From contig CAIWFH010000188.1 of assembly GCA_903911925.1 (NCBI GenBank), positions 4,930 to 68,929 on the forward strand: a stretch of DNA of 64,000 nucleotides, written 5' to 3'. Positions 10,131-18,549 of this stretch are shown here, one piece after another. The notes below the pieces were generated by a model. That model was not told the origin of the DNA. It was given only the letters and a program-made list of their open reading frames with translations, and did not search any database. A program made the position numbers and the translations under genes. The stretch is from an uncultured Acidobacteriaceae bacterium (GTDB lineage: Bacteria > Acidobacteriota > Terriglobia > Terriglobales > Acidobacteriaceae). Positions within the stretch are counted from its first letter, which is position 1; each line of letters opens with the position of its first letter.

Positions 10131-10694
10131 ATGACACTTTCCAATCAACCCAAACGCCGCGTGGCCGTTTACTGCGGGTCGGCGGACGGAAGCGATCCAG
10201 CATATTTGGCCGAGGCGCGGGCGCTGGGCTCGGCCATCGCCAAGGCCGGGATGGGACTGGTTTACGGTGGGGCCACTGTGGGATTGATGGGCGCGGTAGC
10301 CGATGCGGCGCTGGCCGGCGGAGCAGAAGTGATCGGGGTGCTGCCCGCGGTGCTGTTTGACCGGGAGATTGGGCACGACGGGATTACCTCGCTGGAACGG
10401 GTGCTCACCATGCACGAACGCAAGGCCCGCATGGCGGAACTGGCCGATGCGTTTCTGGCGCTGCCCGGCGGATACGGAACGCTGGAAGAGATGCTGGAGG
10501 CGGTGACCTGGGCGCAGTTGGGGTTGCATGCCAAACCGTGCATCCTGATCAATACGGAGGGTTATTGGGACGGGCTGTTGGCGTTTCTCGATACGGCGGT
10601 GATGGCTGGGTTTCTGAAGGCGGAGAATAGGGGACTGCTGCGGGTGGCGGCCAGCGCGGCTGACGCGGTGGAGATGGCTAGGCTCAGGCCCTAG
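10131..10694 (+). CDS. LOG family cytokinin riboside 5'-monophosphate phosphoribohydrolase (TIGR00730-like)
   Basis: VYCGS, YGGATVGLMG, MHERKARM, PGGYGTLEE motifs. Confidence 0.93.
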   Translation: MTLSNQPKRRVAVYCGSADGSDPAYLAEARALGSAIAKAGMGLVYGGATVGLMGAVADAALAGGAEVIGVLPAVLFDREIGHDGITSLERVLTMHERKARMAELADAFLALPGGYGTLEEMLEAVTWAQLGLHAKPCILINTEGYWDGLLAFLDTAVMAGFLKAENRGLLRVAASAADAVEMARLRP

Positions 10695-11146
10695 TTCGGT
10701 GTGCCGGAGGGTTCTTCGGCAATGAAGGTGCATTCGGGGCACTGACAGACGCGGCGCAGATACTCCCATGAGTAGATGCCGCCGTTGTGGCCGTCGAGCC
10801 AGTTGAACTGGATAGCGTAGCGGCCCACGGCCTGTGCGCTTTTAGGCTTGGCCAGCGGGGCATACATGGGCAGCAGCGTCGCGGACTTGGATTTAGGCTG
10901 TCCGGCTTTGCGGCCCTCGTTTTTGCGCTCTTCCACGCAGGTGGCGCAGGGGCAGGCGTCACGCAGCCAGGGGAAGCTCCAGGCGCTGCGATGGCCGTCG
11001 ACCCAGTCGATCTCCATGCCCTTGCCTTCGGTGAGCAGCACGCGCACCTTTTCAGGCGTGACGGCGATGCGCGGCAGCGGGCGGTTCTCTTCGGCCTCGC
11101 GGTCGTTCTGTTCTTTGCTGGCGATGCGGATGCCTTCGTGGCTCAT
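10691..11146 (-). CDS. DUF971 / gamma-butyrobetaine hydroxylase N-terminal-like protein
   Basis: WLRDACPCATC, VGRYAIQFNWLDGHNGGIYSWEYLR. Confidence 0.88.
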   Translation of the reverse strand: MSHEGIRIASKEQNDREAEENRPLPRIAVTPEKVRVLLTEGKGMEIDWVDGHRSAWSFPWLRDACPCATCVEERKNEGRKAGQPKSKSATLLPMYAPLAKPKSAQAVGRYAIQFNWLDGHNGGIYSWEYLRRVCQCPECTFIAEEPSGTPN

Positions 11147-11150
11147 GGAT

Positions 11151-11261
11151 ACAGTTTACAGTTCTCTGCAGTTCACAGTTCACAGTTCACAGTTCTTAGT
11201 TCACAGTCGCGCCAGCCCCGTCCGCTGGGAATTACGAACTATGAACTGTTTTATGAACTGC
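11151..11261. repeat. inverted array of heptamer tandem repeats (ACAGTTC)n / (GAACTRT)n
   Basis: About 7 ACAGTTC-like units at 11151-11208 facing 4 complementary GAACT units at 11229-11261. Confidence 0.85.
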
Positions 11262-12054
11262 CTTTCCAAAAGAACCACGCCGCCATGGTGAGGCCGATGA
11301 CCACGACCAGGCCACGAAGTACCGGCTGGGGAACGCGGCGGGCGAGGCGGGCGGAGGTGTAGCCGCCAATGGCGCAAACCACCATGGCCAGCAGACAGTA
11401 GTGCCAAACCACCTGGCCGCGTACGGTGAAGATGATAAAGGCGATGCCGTTGGCCAGAGTGGTTGCGGCCACCTTGAGAGCGTTGATTTCATTCAAGTCC
11501 TGGAAGCCGAAGAGCGAAAGCAGCGTAATGAGCAGAAAACCGGCGCCGGCGCCAAAGTAGCCGATATACCCGCAGACCACGACTGTCGAAATGAAGAGCA
11601 GCCCTCGATTGGGCGGATGGGTGGCTCCGGCGATTGCCCCCTTGCGGCGCTCGAGCCAGCGAAGAACCGGGCCGCTGAGGGCGAAGATGCCGGCGGCTAC
11701 AAGCAGCAGCCAGGGCACCAGGCGAAGAAATGTTCTTTGCGGCGTGTTGAGCAGGATCACCGCGCCTACCGCGCCACCCATCAGGCCAGCCAGGCTCAGG
11801 AGAAGCGCGAGGCGGGAATTCTTCCGGATGTCGTCGCGGTAGGCGGCAACCGAGGTGAGCTGGCCGGGCCACAGGGCAACGGTGTTGGTGGCGTTGGCCT
11901 GGACGGGCAGCATTTTCATGCTCAGCATGGCGGGAAAAAGCAGGAATGAACCGCCGCCGGCCACGGCGTTGAATATTCCTGCGAGGAAGGCGGCAACCGT
12001 GAGCCAGATCCAATGCCAGTCAAGAAACTGGAGAAAGGCGGAAGGGTGGAGCAT
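11251..12054 (-). CDS. TauE/SafE family sulfite exporter
   Basis: AGIFNAVAGGGS, ANATN, GYFGAGAG, INALK motifs; multiple TM helices. Confidence 0.9.
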   Translation of the reverse strand: MLHPSAFLQFLDWHWIWLTVAAFLAGIFNAVAGGGSFLLFPAMLSMKMLPVQANATNTVALWPGQLTSVAAYRDDIRKNSRLALLLSLAGLMGGAVGAVILLNTPQRTFLRLVPWLLLVAAGIFALSGPVLRWLERRKGAIAGATHPPNRGLLFISTVVVCGYIGYFGAGAGFLLITLLSLFGFQDLNEINALKVAATTLANGIAFIIFTVRGQVVWHYCLLAMVVCAIGGYTSARLARRVPQPVLRGLVVVIGLTMAAWFFWKGSS

Positions 12055-12100
12055 GCACTCCCATTGTAGATTGCCTGTTCAATCGGCTCAGGGGCCGGCT

Positions 12101-12364
12101 GCCCTTCAGCTTCCTCGGACCCCACGTCAAATGCGCCCGGCGCAAGCCCAGCAACAACGCTTCGATGCCGGCGCCCGTCTGGTTGGGATGACGAAATGGC
12201 GCCCGGTTCAGTTCCGCCAGTCCAGCCGCTCCCCAACTGCCGGTAACGGAGCAGCCACGCAAAACCGGGTCTCCCGGCTGATCTCATAGCGTTCGCACTG
12301 AGCCTTCATCGACTCCTCTTCGCGCTCACAATCAAACACAAAGCGCAGCTTCTTCCATGCGCAG
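12101..12364 (-). pseudogene. IS481-family transposase 5' fragment with two frameshifts
   Basis: Three frames join to LRFVFDCEREEESMKAQCERYEISRET/GFAWLLRYRQLG/AAGLAELNRAPFRHPNQT...WGPRKLK, resembling the IS481 N-terminal HTH; no DDE domain follows. Confidence 0.75.
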
Positions 12365-12369
12365 GTCAA

Positions 12370-12665
12370 GCCCCTCTCCCCCCGTCGTTGGATTATCTCG
12401 TTTATCATCATCGTCTTCCACCCGCGGCACGGTTGCGGGTCAATTCCCGCGATCCGCTAAACTGTCTTTAGGGGCTGTTTTTTTCGCGCGGAACTGCTCC
12501 CCGACGCGCCCCGGCTCGCTACCGCACATGGATCGGGATAAGTTCCGCTTTTTCAGGAACTTGGCTTCCAAGTTCTTCAAAACAACCAATTTACGCCAGA
12601 ACCATGCTTTCAGTGCGCTGAAAACAGAGAACTTACCCCAAACACAGCAGGTGGGAGGGGGGGGC
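12370..12665. repeat. C-run/G-run-bounded intergenic element with AAGT-N15-ACTT palindromes
   Basis: cccctctcccccc left end; aagttccgctttttcaggaactt 12540-12562; aagttcttcaaaacaaccaattt 12570-12592; cagtgcgctgaaaacagagaactt 12611-12634; G-run right end. Confidence 0.6.
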
Positions 12666-12731
12666 ACTCTAGCCAATGGCCACCTGCGGCGGACCGTCTG
12701 TGAGGACCTAGTCCACTGGGACGAGTTATGA

Positions 12732-13046
12732 CTATTGCTGGCGAAACTTGGCGCGCACCCATAGCGTGCCGAACAGGGGCAGCGCGATCAGCAGCACGAT
12801 GACAAAGGCTGGAAAGCCTACCCACCGATAGCTTGCCGCATAACTCACCGCAGGATGCCCTGAGAGGTTCCAAGCCATCAGCGCGAAGATGGCCACGGTG
12901 GTGGACGCGAAAAATGCAAAGAACGCCGAGGCAAACGCCAGCAGCAGGCTGGTAAAAAACCCGAAGCCCTTGAGCGGAAAGCCCAGGATCGTCCCGCCTT
13001 CGGGGAGCGGTGTTTGTGCGGAATCAGTCATTCCCATGGCCTCCAT
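12732..13046 (-). CDS. small membrane protein (2-3 TM)
   Basis: Hydrophobic helices; 104 aa ORF divergent from the next gene. Confidence 0.75.
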   Translation of the reverse strand: MEAMGMTDSAQTPLPEGGTILGFPLKGFGFFTSLLLAFASAFFAFFASTTVAIFALMAWNLSGHPAVSYAASYRWVGFPAFVIVLLIALPLFGTLWVRAKFRQQ

Positions 13047-13065
13047 CGTCTAGAATACAGACTCA

Positions 13066-13815
13066 ATGGCCAGCAGCACACAAATCGAACTTTGGCCCGC
13101 GGAGAAGGTTGTCGCGGCGGTCGCCGTGAATAACGCCTCCAACGGAATCCGCTTTGCCGCATGGGGTGAAACCCGCATCTCCGAGCCGGACCTGGAGCGG
13201 CTGGTAGGCGCAGTGCCGGCCACGCTCTCCGCAGCGCTTGCTGCCCACGCTTACTACTTTGTTCCGCTGGCTATTGCAGACACCGGCGAGACCATGATCG
13301 CCCCCAATTACACCGTTGACCTGGGCGACCGCGCCATTTGCCACCGCAACGCCAATATTGGCCCTGTTGAGGCGGTGTTCCTCTCCACGCGGCTGGTAGA
13401 AGACCGTTTCGGCCTGGCCTTCGAGTTCTTCATCAACATAGCCCACAACTTCGTTGAGGCCGCCGGGGTCCCCGAGAGCTTTTCAGCCCTGGCCTGGTCC
13501 CAGGCCGAGGCCCAGGTGCGCGGCGAAACCAGCCAGGACGCCTGGGAGACCCGCCGCCGCGCTCAGGATACCCACGCTTCGCAAAAAGGCATCGACGAGC
13601 GCTCGCGCTCGACCTACTTCGAGTCCGCATTTTCAGATTCGCTGGCAGTCTACATGCTCTCCCTGGCCGTTGATTTCGACTACCACGACCTGCGCGAGCG
13701 CGAGTACCCGCTGCTGGCCGCCCCCGCCCTTGCCGAGCGGCTGCGCCACGTCTCCAGTCTCTTCCCAGCCAATCAGGGCTACGAGTTCCAGATCCTCTAT
13801 CGTCGCAAGGGCTGA
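13066..13815 (+). CDS. conserved hypothetical protein
   Basis: 249 aa, host-like high-GC3 codon usage, globular composition. Confidence 0.85.
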   Translation: MASSTQIELWPAEKVVAAVAVNNASNGIRFAAWGETRISEPDLERLVGAVPATLSAALAAHAYYFVPLAIADTGETMIAPNYTVDLGDRAICHRNANIGPVEAVFLSTRLVEDRFGLAFEFFINIAHNFVEAAGVPESFSALAWSQAEAQVRGETSQDAWETRRRAQDTHASQKGIDERSRSTYFESAFSDSLAVYMLSLAVDFDYHDLREREYPLLAAPALAERLRHVSSLFPANQGYEFQILYRRKG

Positions 13816-14035
13816 AGCCTGCCGGCCGCGAACCGCAACTGGCCATCTCGCGGGTTATGCCTCTCAATCGGCTAAATGAGCCAGGCCCGGTTGCCCGACC
13901 GGGTGAAAAGCACTAACATGGCTCAACACAGCAATGAATTCTTCCAGACCAAAAGGGTTCCTCCTCGCAATGAGAGGTTAGAGAATGACGCGTCCGCCGG
14001 GATCGAAAGCACAATTGCCGGAGGGACCGCTCCGG

Positions 14036-14683
14036 ATGGCCCAAAATGCATTTCTTGACGCCATTCTTGCCGGCCGGCGTGAAGCCGCATTAAGCGCCGT
14101 ACAGGAGGCCCTTCAAAATGGCGCCAGCCTGGTGGATATTTATTGCGACGTCGTCGCAGAGTCACTGCGCATCGTGGGCACTCTCTGGGAGCGGGAAGAA
14201 ATATGTGTCGCGGAGGAGCACCTGGCCACTGCGACTACCAAGTATGTCGTCGACGTCATCTATCCCCGTCAGGCAATAGCGCCGCCATTCCGTGGAAACA
14301 TGGTGATCACAGGCGTCCTGGGTGAAGAACACCAGTTGGGCGCGAACCTGGTTGCAGACGCCATGGAGGCAAATGGGTGGGTGATCCGCTTTCTAGGGAC
14401 AAACCTGCCCCACGGGACGATCGTGAGCATCCTTGAATCGAATGCAATCGACGTGCTTTGCATTTCAACCACAGTTCCGACCAACCTGCCTGCCACCGGA
14501 GAGTTGATTCAGCGCATCCGGGCCAGGCCGGGAAGCCGCAGTCCCAGAATCGTGCTGGGCGGGGCTGCGCATCGGCAGGTGCCGCGTTTTGCCAAAGAGA
14601 TTGAGTCGGTAGAAGTCATCCTCGATCTCAGGCAGGCGTTGGCGAAGCTCTGCCCGCAGACCAGCGAATTCAGCAAAAATTGA
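14036..14683 (+). CDS. stand-alone cobalamin-binding protein (B12-binding_2 + B12-binding domains)
   Basis: W-x9-EH (WEREEICVAEEH), GEEHQLG base-off His motif, FLGTNLP, LCIST; RBS ggaggg before ATG 14036 (alternative start 13985). Confidence 0.85.
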   Translation: MAQNAFLDAILAGRREAALSAVQEALQNGASLVDIYCDVVAESLRIVGTLWEREEICVAEEHLATATTKYVVDVIYPRQAIAPPFRGNMVITGVLGEEHQLGANLVADAMEANGWVIRFLGTNLPHGTIVSILESNAIDVLCISTTVPTNLPATGELIQRIRARPGSRSPRIVLGGAAHRQVPRFAKEIESVEVILDLRQALAKLCPQTSEFSKN

Positions 14684-14708
14684 TGAGATAGCGAATTGCT
14701 GCGAGACT

Positions 14709-15404
14709 CTACCTGGCGACGAAGATCAGGAAGTAGTCCTGTCCGTCGCTCTTGGTAAAGTCGTATTTGCCCACGCGCTTGAATCCGGCGCGCGCCATTT
14801 CGCGCTCCACAACGCCGGGCATGATTCCGTGATTGGCGCCATCGCCGTTGCGATCAATAATGCCGATCCTGGCTCCCGGCCTCAGCGAGAGCTTCAGCTT
14901 CTCAATCAGCGGGACCGGATGTGCGAACTCGTGATAGGTCTTGAGAATCAGGACCGCATCCACAGAGTTTGGCGGCAGGCTCGTATCATCAAACTGTCCG
15001 AGGACGGGCCGCACATTTTCGAGCTTCTCTTTCTTTGCCCGCTCGGTAATGTAGTCGATGGCCTTGGGGTTGATATCTTCCGCATACACCGCACCCGCGG
15101 GACCGACCCGGGCGGCGGCCCTCACGGTAAACCACCCCGAACCGGCGCCGATGTCGGCAACTGCTTTCCCCGGTCCGATCCCAAGCAAATCCATTACCCG
15201 GTCGATTTGCAGTTTTTTATCCCGATCGGGGTATTCGAAGATGGAGAGATCTCCAGCGTAGGGTGTGCTTGTGGGTCGCTCAGACTGCGCAGGCGGGTGA
15301 GCGGCAGTGGCTGCCTGCGCAAGGGCCTTCAAGGGGGCCGCTGCCGCAGCGAGGCAAAGCAGGAGCGCGAGTGCGATGGACGATCTTTGCCGGGTCGTTG
15401 TCAT
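14709..15404 (-). CDS. class I SAM-dependent methyltransferase with signal peptide
   Basis: VADIGAGSGWFT motif I, VYAED, TYHEF, LRPGARIGIID; N-terminal Sec signal. Confidence 0.9.
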   Translation of the reverse strand: MTTTRQRSSIALALLLCLAAAAAPLKALAQAATAAHPPAQSERPTSTPYAGDLSIFEYPDRDKKLQIDRVMDLLGIGPGKAVADIGAGSGWFTVRAAARVGPAGAVYAEDINPKAIDYITERAKKEKLENVRPVLGQFDDTSLPPNSVDAVLILKTYHEFAHPVPLIEKLKLSLRPGARIGIIDRNGDGANHGIMPGVVEREMARAGFKRVGKYDFTKSDGQDYFLIFVAR

Positions 15405-15429
15405 CCGTGCTCCTGTCTATTGGACGGAG

Positions 15430-16746
15430 CTACAGGCTCTCCGCATTGTAAGCGACGCGTCCTTCGTTAATGGTCCAGCGAACCTTGCCTTGCATGGCGA
15501 AGCCGTCGAAGGGGGTGTTCCGGGACTTCGACTTGCCTTCGGTTGCGCAGTAAGTCCACTCGGCATTGGGATCGAAGACGACCACGTCGGCAAAGCTGCC
15601 CACGGCCAGGGTACCGCGGCCTTTCAGGCCCAGCAGCGCGGCGGGCTGCGCGCTCAACAGGCTCAGGACTCGGCCCAGCGGCAACTTCCACTCGCGATGC
15701 AGCCAGTGCAGGCAGAGACCGAGCGCGGTTTCGAGGCCGATGATGCCGTTGGGCGCGTACTCGAACTCGACTTCCTTTTCATGCACGGCGTGGGGCGCGT
15801 GGTCGGTGGCGATGGCATCAACGATGCCGTCAAGAATGGCTTCGATCATGGCGTCACGGTCGGCTGCTGAGCGCAGCGGCGGACACATTTTGGCGTTGCT
15901 CTTATACAGGCCAACGTGCTCGTCGGTGAGCAGGAAGTGATGCGGAGCCACTTCGCAGGTGACGCGGAGGCCGCTGCGGCGAGCCTGGCGAACGGCGGCC
16001 ATGGCCGCGGCCGTTGAGGTATGCGCCACATGCAGATGGGGACGGGCGTCGCGGAGCTCAGTCACCAGACGAATGTCGCGCTCGACAATGCCCGACTCGG
16101 CCTCTGCCGGCCAGCCGCGCAGGCCCAGCTTGAACGACGTGGAACCGAGGTTCATGCTGGCGGCGCCGCCGGCGAAGTGCGTCAGCCGCGTATCTTCAGC
16201 GTGCTGGATGACGCTGAGGCCCACCCGCGCCGCGGCGGCCAGCACTTCGCGCATGACGCTGTCTTTCAAGATGGGCAGCCCGTCGTCGGAGACGGCAACG
16301 GCGCCGGCAGACTTGAGCGCAGCGTAGTCGTTGATGGTTTCGCCCTTTGACCCGCGGGTGGCGGCGGCGATGGGAAACACGCGCACCATTGCGGCCCGCT
16401 CGGGCGCTTGCATCCAGCGGGTGATTTCCGGCGAGTCGTTGACCGGCGAAGTGTTGGGCATGGCGGCGACCGCGGTGAAGCCTCCGGCGGCGGCGGCGGC
16501 CGTGCCCGTGGCGATGGTCTCCTTGTGCGCCTGGCCGGGTTCGCGCAGGTGAACGTGCATGTCAACGAGGCCGGGGGCCACGACGAGACCGGTCGCGTCA
16601 AGAACTTCGGCGCCGTTGGCGGATTTGAGCTTGCCGGGGGCTGCGATCTCGGCCACGCGGCCGTCTTTGAGCAGAACGTCCCGCAATCCGTCGACGCCGG
16701 CTGCCGGATCGATCAATTGCCCGCCGCGAATTACCAGTGCCGTCAT
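15430..16746 (-). CDS. pyrC: dihydroorotase (type I)
   Basis: DMHVHLREPG, AMPNT, KMCPPLR, ATDHAPH, SKSRNTPF. Confidence 0.96.
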   Translation of the reverse strand: MTALVIRGGQLIDPAAGVDGLRDVLLKDGRVAEIAAPGKLKSANGAEVLDATGLVVAPGLVDMHVHLREPGQAHKETIATGTAAAAAGGFTAVAAMPNTSPVNDSPEITRWMQAPERAAMVRVFPIAAATRGSKGETINDYAALKSAGAVAVSDDGLPILKDSVMREVLAAAARVGLSVIQHAEDTRLTHFAGGAASMNLGSTSFKLGLRGWPAEAESGIVERDIRLVTELRDARPHLHVAHTSTAAAMAAVRQARRSGLRVTCEVAPHHFLLTDEHVGLYKSNAKMCPPLRSAADRDAMIEAILDGIVDAIATDHAPHAVHEKEVEFEYAPNGIIGLETALGLCLHWLHREWKLPLGRVLSLLSAQPAALLGLKGRGTLAVGSFADVVVFDPNAEWTYCATEGKSKSRNTPFDGFAMQGKVRWTINEGRVAYNAESL

Positions 16747-17768
16747 GCGCGGCCTCCTTGCAGTGCTGCCGTCAGCGCGCGCTCAACCACCGCCATGCGG
16801 ATGGCAACTCCGTTATGCACCTGCTCGAGGATTGCGGATTGCGGCCCGTCGGCGACCCCCGCAGTGAGTTCGAGGCCCCGGATGATGGGACCGGGGTGCA
16901 GCACCAACCCCCGGGGCGCGTGCGCGGCCAGGCGCTGACCCGTGAGTTGATAGTTGGCCTTGTACTCGTTCAGGTCGAGTTGCATTCCGGCCAACCGCTC
17001 AGCCTGGATGCGGAGCATCATGACAACTTGCGATTGGCGCAGGGCGGCTTCGAAGTCGCGTTCGATGGCGACGCCGGGCGCGGAAACGGCGGCCAGGTCG
17101 GGCAGCAGCTCTTTGGGGCCGCAGAGAAGCACCTTCGCACCCAGCCGGGGAAGCAGAAGCATGTTGGAGCGGGCAACACGGCTGTGCAGAATGTCGCCGA
17201 CGATCATGACTGTGACGCCAGCCAGCGTCTCCGCATCGACGCTCTCGATCCCCGGCCGCAGATGGGCCAGCATGGTGCGCAGGTCGAGCAGTGCCTGGGT
17301 GGGGTGCTCGTGCATGCCGTCGCCGGCGTTGAGCACGGGCAGACGCGTCTCCTGTTCCAGCAGCCAGGGCGCGCCGGAGGCGTTGTGGCGCAGGATAATG
17401 GCCTCGGCTCCCAGCGCCCGCAGCGTCAGCCCGGTGTCTTTCAGCGTCTCGCCCTTTTCAATGCTTGAGGAGAGGCTGGAGACCAGAGTTGTATCGGCGC
17501 CCAGGCTCTTGGCAGCCAGCTCAAAGCTGGTGCGGGTGCGGGTGGAGGACTCATAAAACAGCAATGCCACGCGGCGCTTGGCCAGCAGGCGGTCGCGGAC
17601 CAGCGGGTCCATGCTTTCGAGTTCGGTGGCGCGGCGAAGCAGGGCGCTCAGCGCATCCAGACTAAGGTCCATGACCGAGAGCAACGATCCGGGGTTATAC
17701 GGAAACAGGGATGCAGGCACGGGTGGTGTGCAGAGCGTGCGGCGGGGGGTGGGTGAGGCTGGGTTCAT
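16743..17768 (-). CDS. pyrB: aspartate carbamoyltransferase catalytic subunit
   Basis: FYESSTRTRTSF, NAGDGMHEHPTQALLD, HSRVARSN, MLRIQAER, HPGP. Confidence 0.97.
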   Translation of the reverse strand: MNPASPTPRRTLCTPPVPASLFPYNPGSLLSVMDLSLDALSALLRRATELESMDPLVRDRLLAKRRVALLFYESSTRTRTSFELAAKSLGADTTLVSSLSSSIEKGETLKDTGLTLRALGAEAIILRHNASGAPWLLEQETRLPVLNAGDGMHEHPTQALLDLRTMLAHLRPGIESVDAETLAGVTVMIVGDILHSRVARSNMLLLPRLGAKVLLCGPKELLPDLAAVSAPGVAIERDFEAALRQSQVVMMLRIQAERLAGMQLDLNEYKANYQLTGQRLAAHAPRGLVLHPGPIIRGLELTAGVADGPQSAILEQVHNGVAIRMAVVERALTAALQGGRA

Positions 17769-17772
17769 GCGA

Positions 17773-17815
17773 TTCAGCTTCCAGCTCCCAGCCTTTAGCC
17801 AACTGCTGGAAGCTG
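17773..17815. repeat. heptamer tandem repeat with short inverted partner between pyrR and pyrB
   Basis: ttcagct-tccagct-cccagcc-tttagcc followed by ctggaagctg, the complement of cagcttccag. Confidence 0.6.
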
Positions 17816-17825
17816 CCTTTCTAAC

Positions 17826-18395
17826 CTAGTCCACCCGCTCGACGAGTTGGACCTGCTCGTCGTTGTCAACCTCGCGGAACTTGACTTCGATGATTTCGCG
17901 GCTGCTGGTGGGCACACGGCGTCCGATGTAGGTGGCCTCGATGGGCAACTCGCGATGGCCGCGGTCAATGAGCACGGCAAGCTGTACGCGGCGCGGGCGG
18001 CCGTGGTCAAACAACGCATCGAGCGCGGCGCGAACGGTGCGGCCTGTGTAGAGCACGTCGTCGCAGAGCACCACGTCGCGGCCTTCGATGTCGATGCCGA
18101 TGGCTCCTGGCGTGACGACAGGGCGCACGTCCACCGTGGCCAGGTCATCGCGGTAGAACTGGATATCCAGAACCCCGGTGGCCACCGGCCTTTTCTCGAT
18201 GGTGGAGATCAGCTTGCTGAGCCGCTCTGCCAGCGGAACGCCGCGGCGCTTGATGCCTACCAGCACCAGGTCTTCGCTGCCGTTGCTTTTTTCAACAATC
18301 TCGTGGGCCAGGCGCACCAGGGTGCGCTCGACTTCCGAGGCTGACATCAGCCTGCCTTTCAAGCGCAGGGAGGGATTGCTTTTGGTTTCGCTCAT
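17826..18395 (-). CDS. pyrR: PyrR, pyrimidine operon attenuation regulator / UPRTase
   Basis: VGIKRRGVPLA, LDIQFYRDDL, LCDDVLYTGRTVRAA, DRGHRELPI; start at ATG 18395, the longer ORF-track extension is the leader. Confidence 0.96.
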   Translation of the reverse strand: MSETKSNPSLRLKGRLMSASEVERTLVRLAHEIVEKSNGSEDLVLVGIKRRGVPLAERLSKLISTIEKRPVATGVLDIQFYRDDLATVDVRPVVTPGAIGIDIEGRDVVLCDDVLYTGRTVRAALDALFDHGRPRRVQLAVLIDRGHRELPIEATYIGRRVPTSSREIIEVKFREVDNDEQVQLVERVD

Positions 18396-18413
18396 GGTTG
18401 CTCTCTTGCTGCC

Positions 18414-18502
18414 AAGTCTCTCGCAGGATGATACGAGGGCTTGCCGGTTTGGGCAAGTTGTGGAGAAGTGGTCGTGAATCTCGGGCGCAGTCTCCAGGAT
18501 TC
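18414..18502 (-). promoter_or_regulatory. two candidate PyrR-binding loops in the pyrR leader
   Basis: Minus-strand GAAUCCUGGAGACUG (18488-18502) and AUCCUGCGAGAGACUU (18414-18429) resemble the ARUCCNGNGAGGYU consensus. Confidence 0.55.
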
Positions 18503-18549
18503 GGGAGGCCAGTGTTTCAAAGCCGGGCAGTCCGTGACAAACGCGGGGG

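Noticed and set aside
11151-11261. Possible CRISPR array or minisatellite-based phase variation
   Set aside because: Units are 7 bp with no spacers, no cas genes are present, and the array is intergenic
12440-12676. Small ORFs at 12357-12731, 12440-12676 and 27106-27374
   Set aside because: They translate non-coding repeat elements (G/C runs, palindromes); no RBS or coding bias
13816-14035. Cobalamin riboswitch upstream of the B12-binding gene
   Set aside because: No B12-box or conserved GGGAA/GCCACTG core seen
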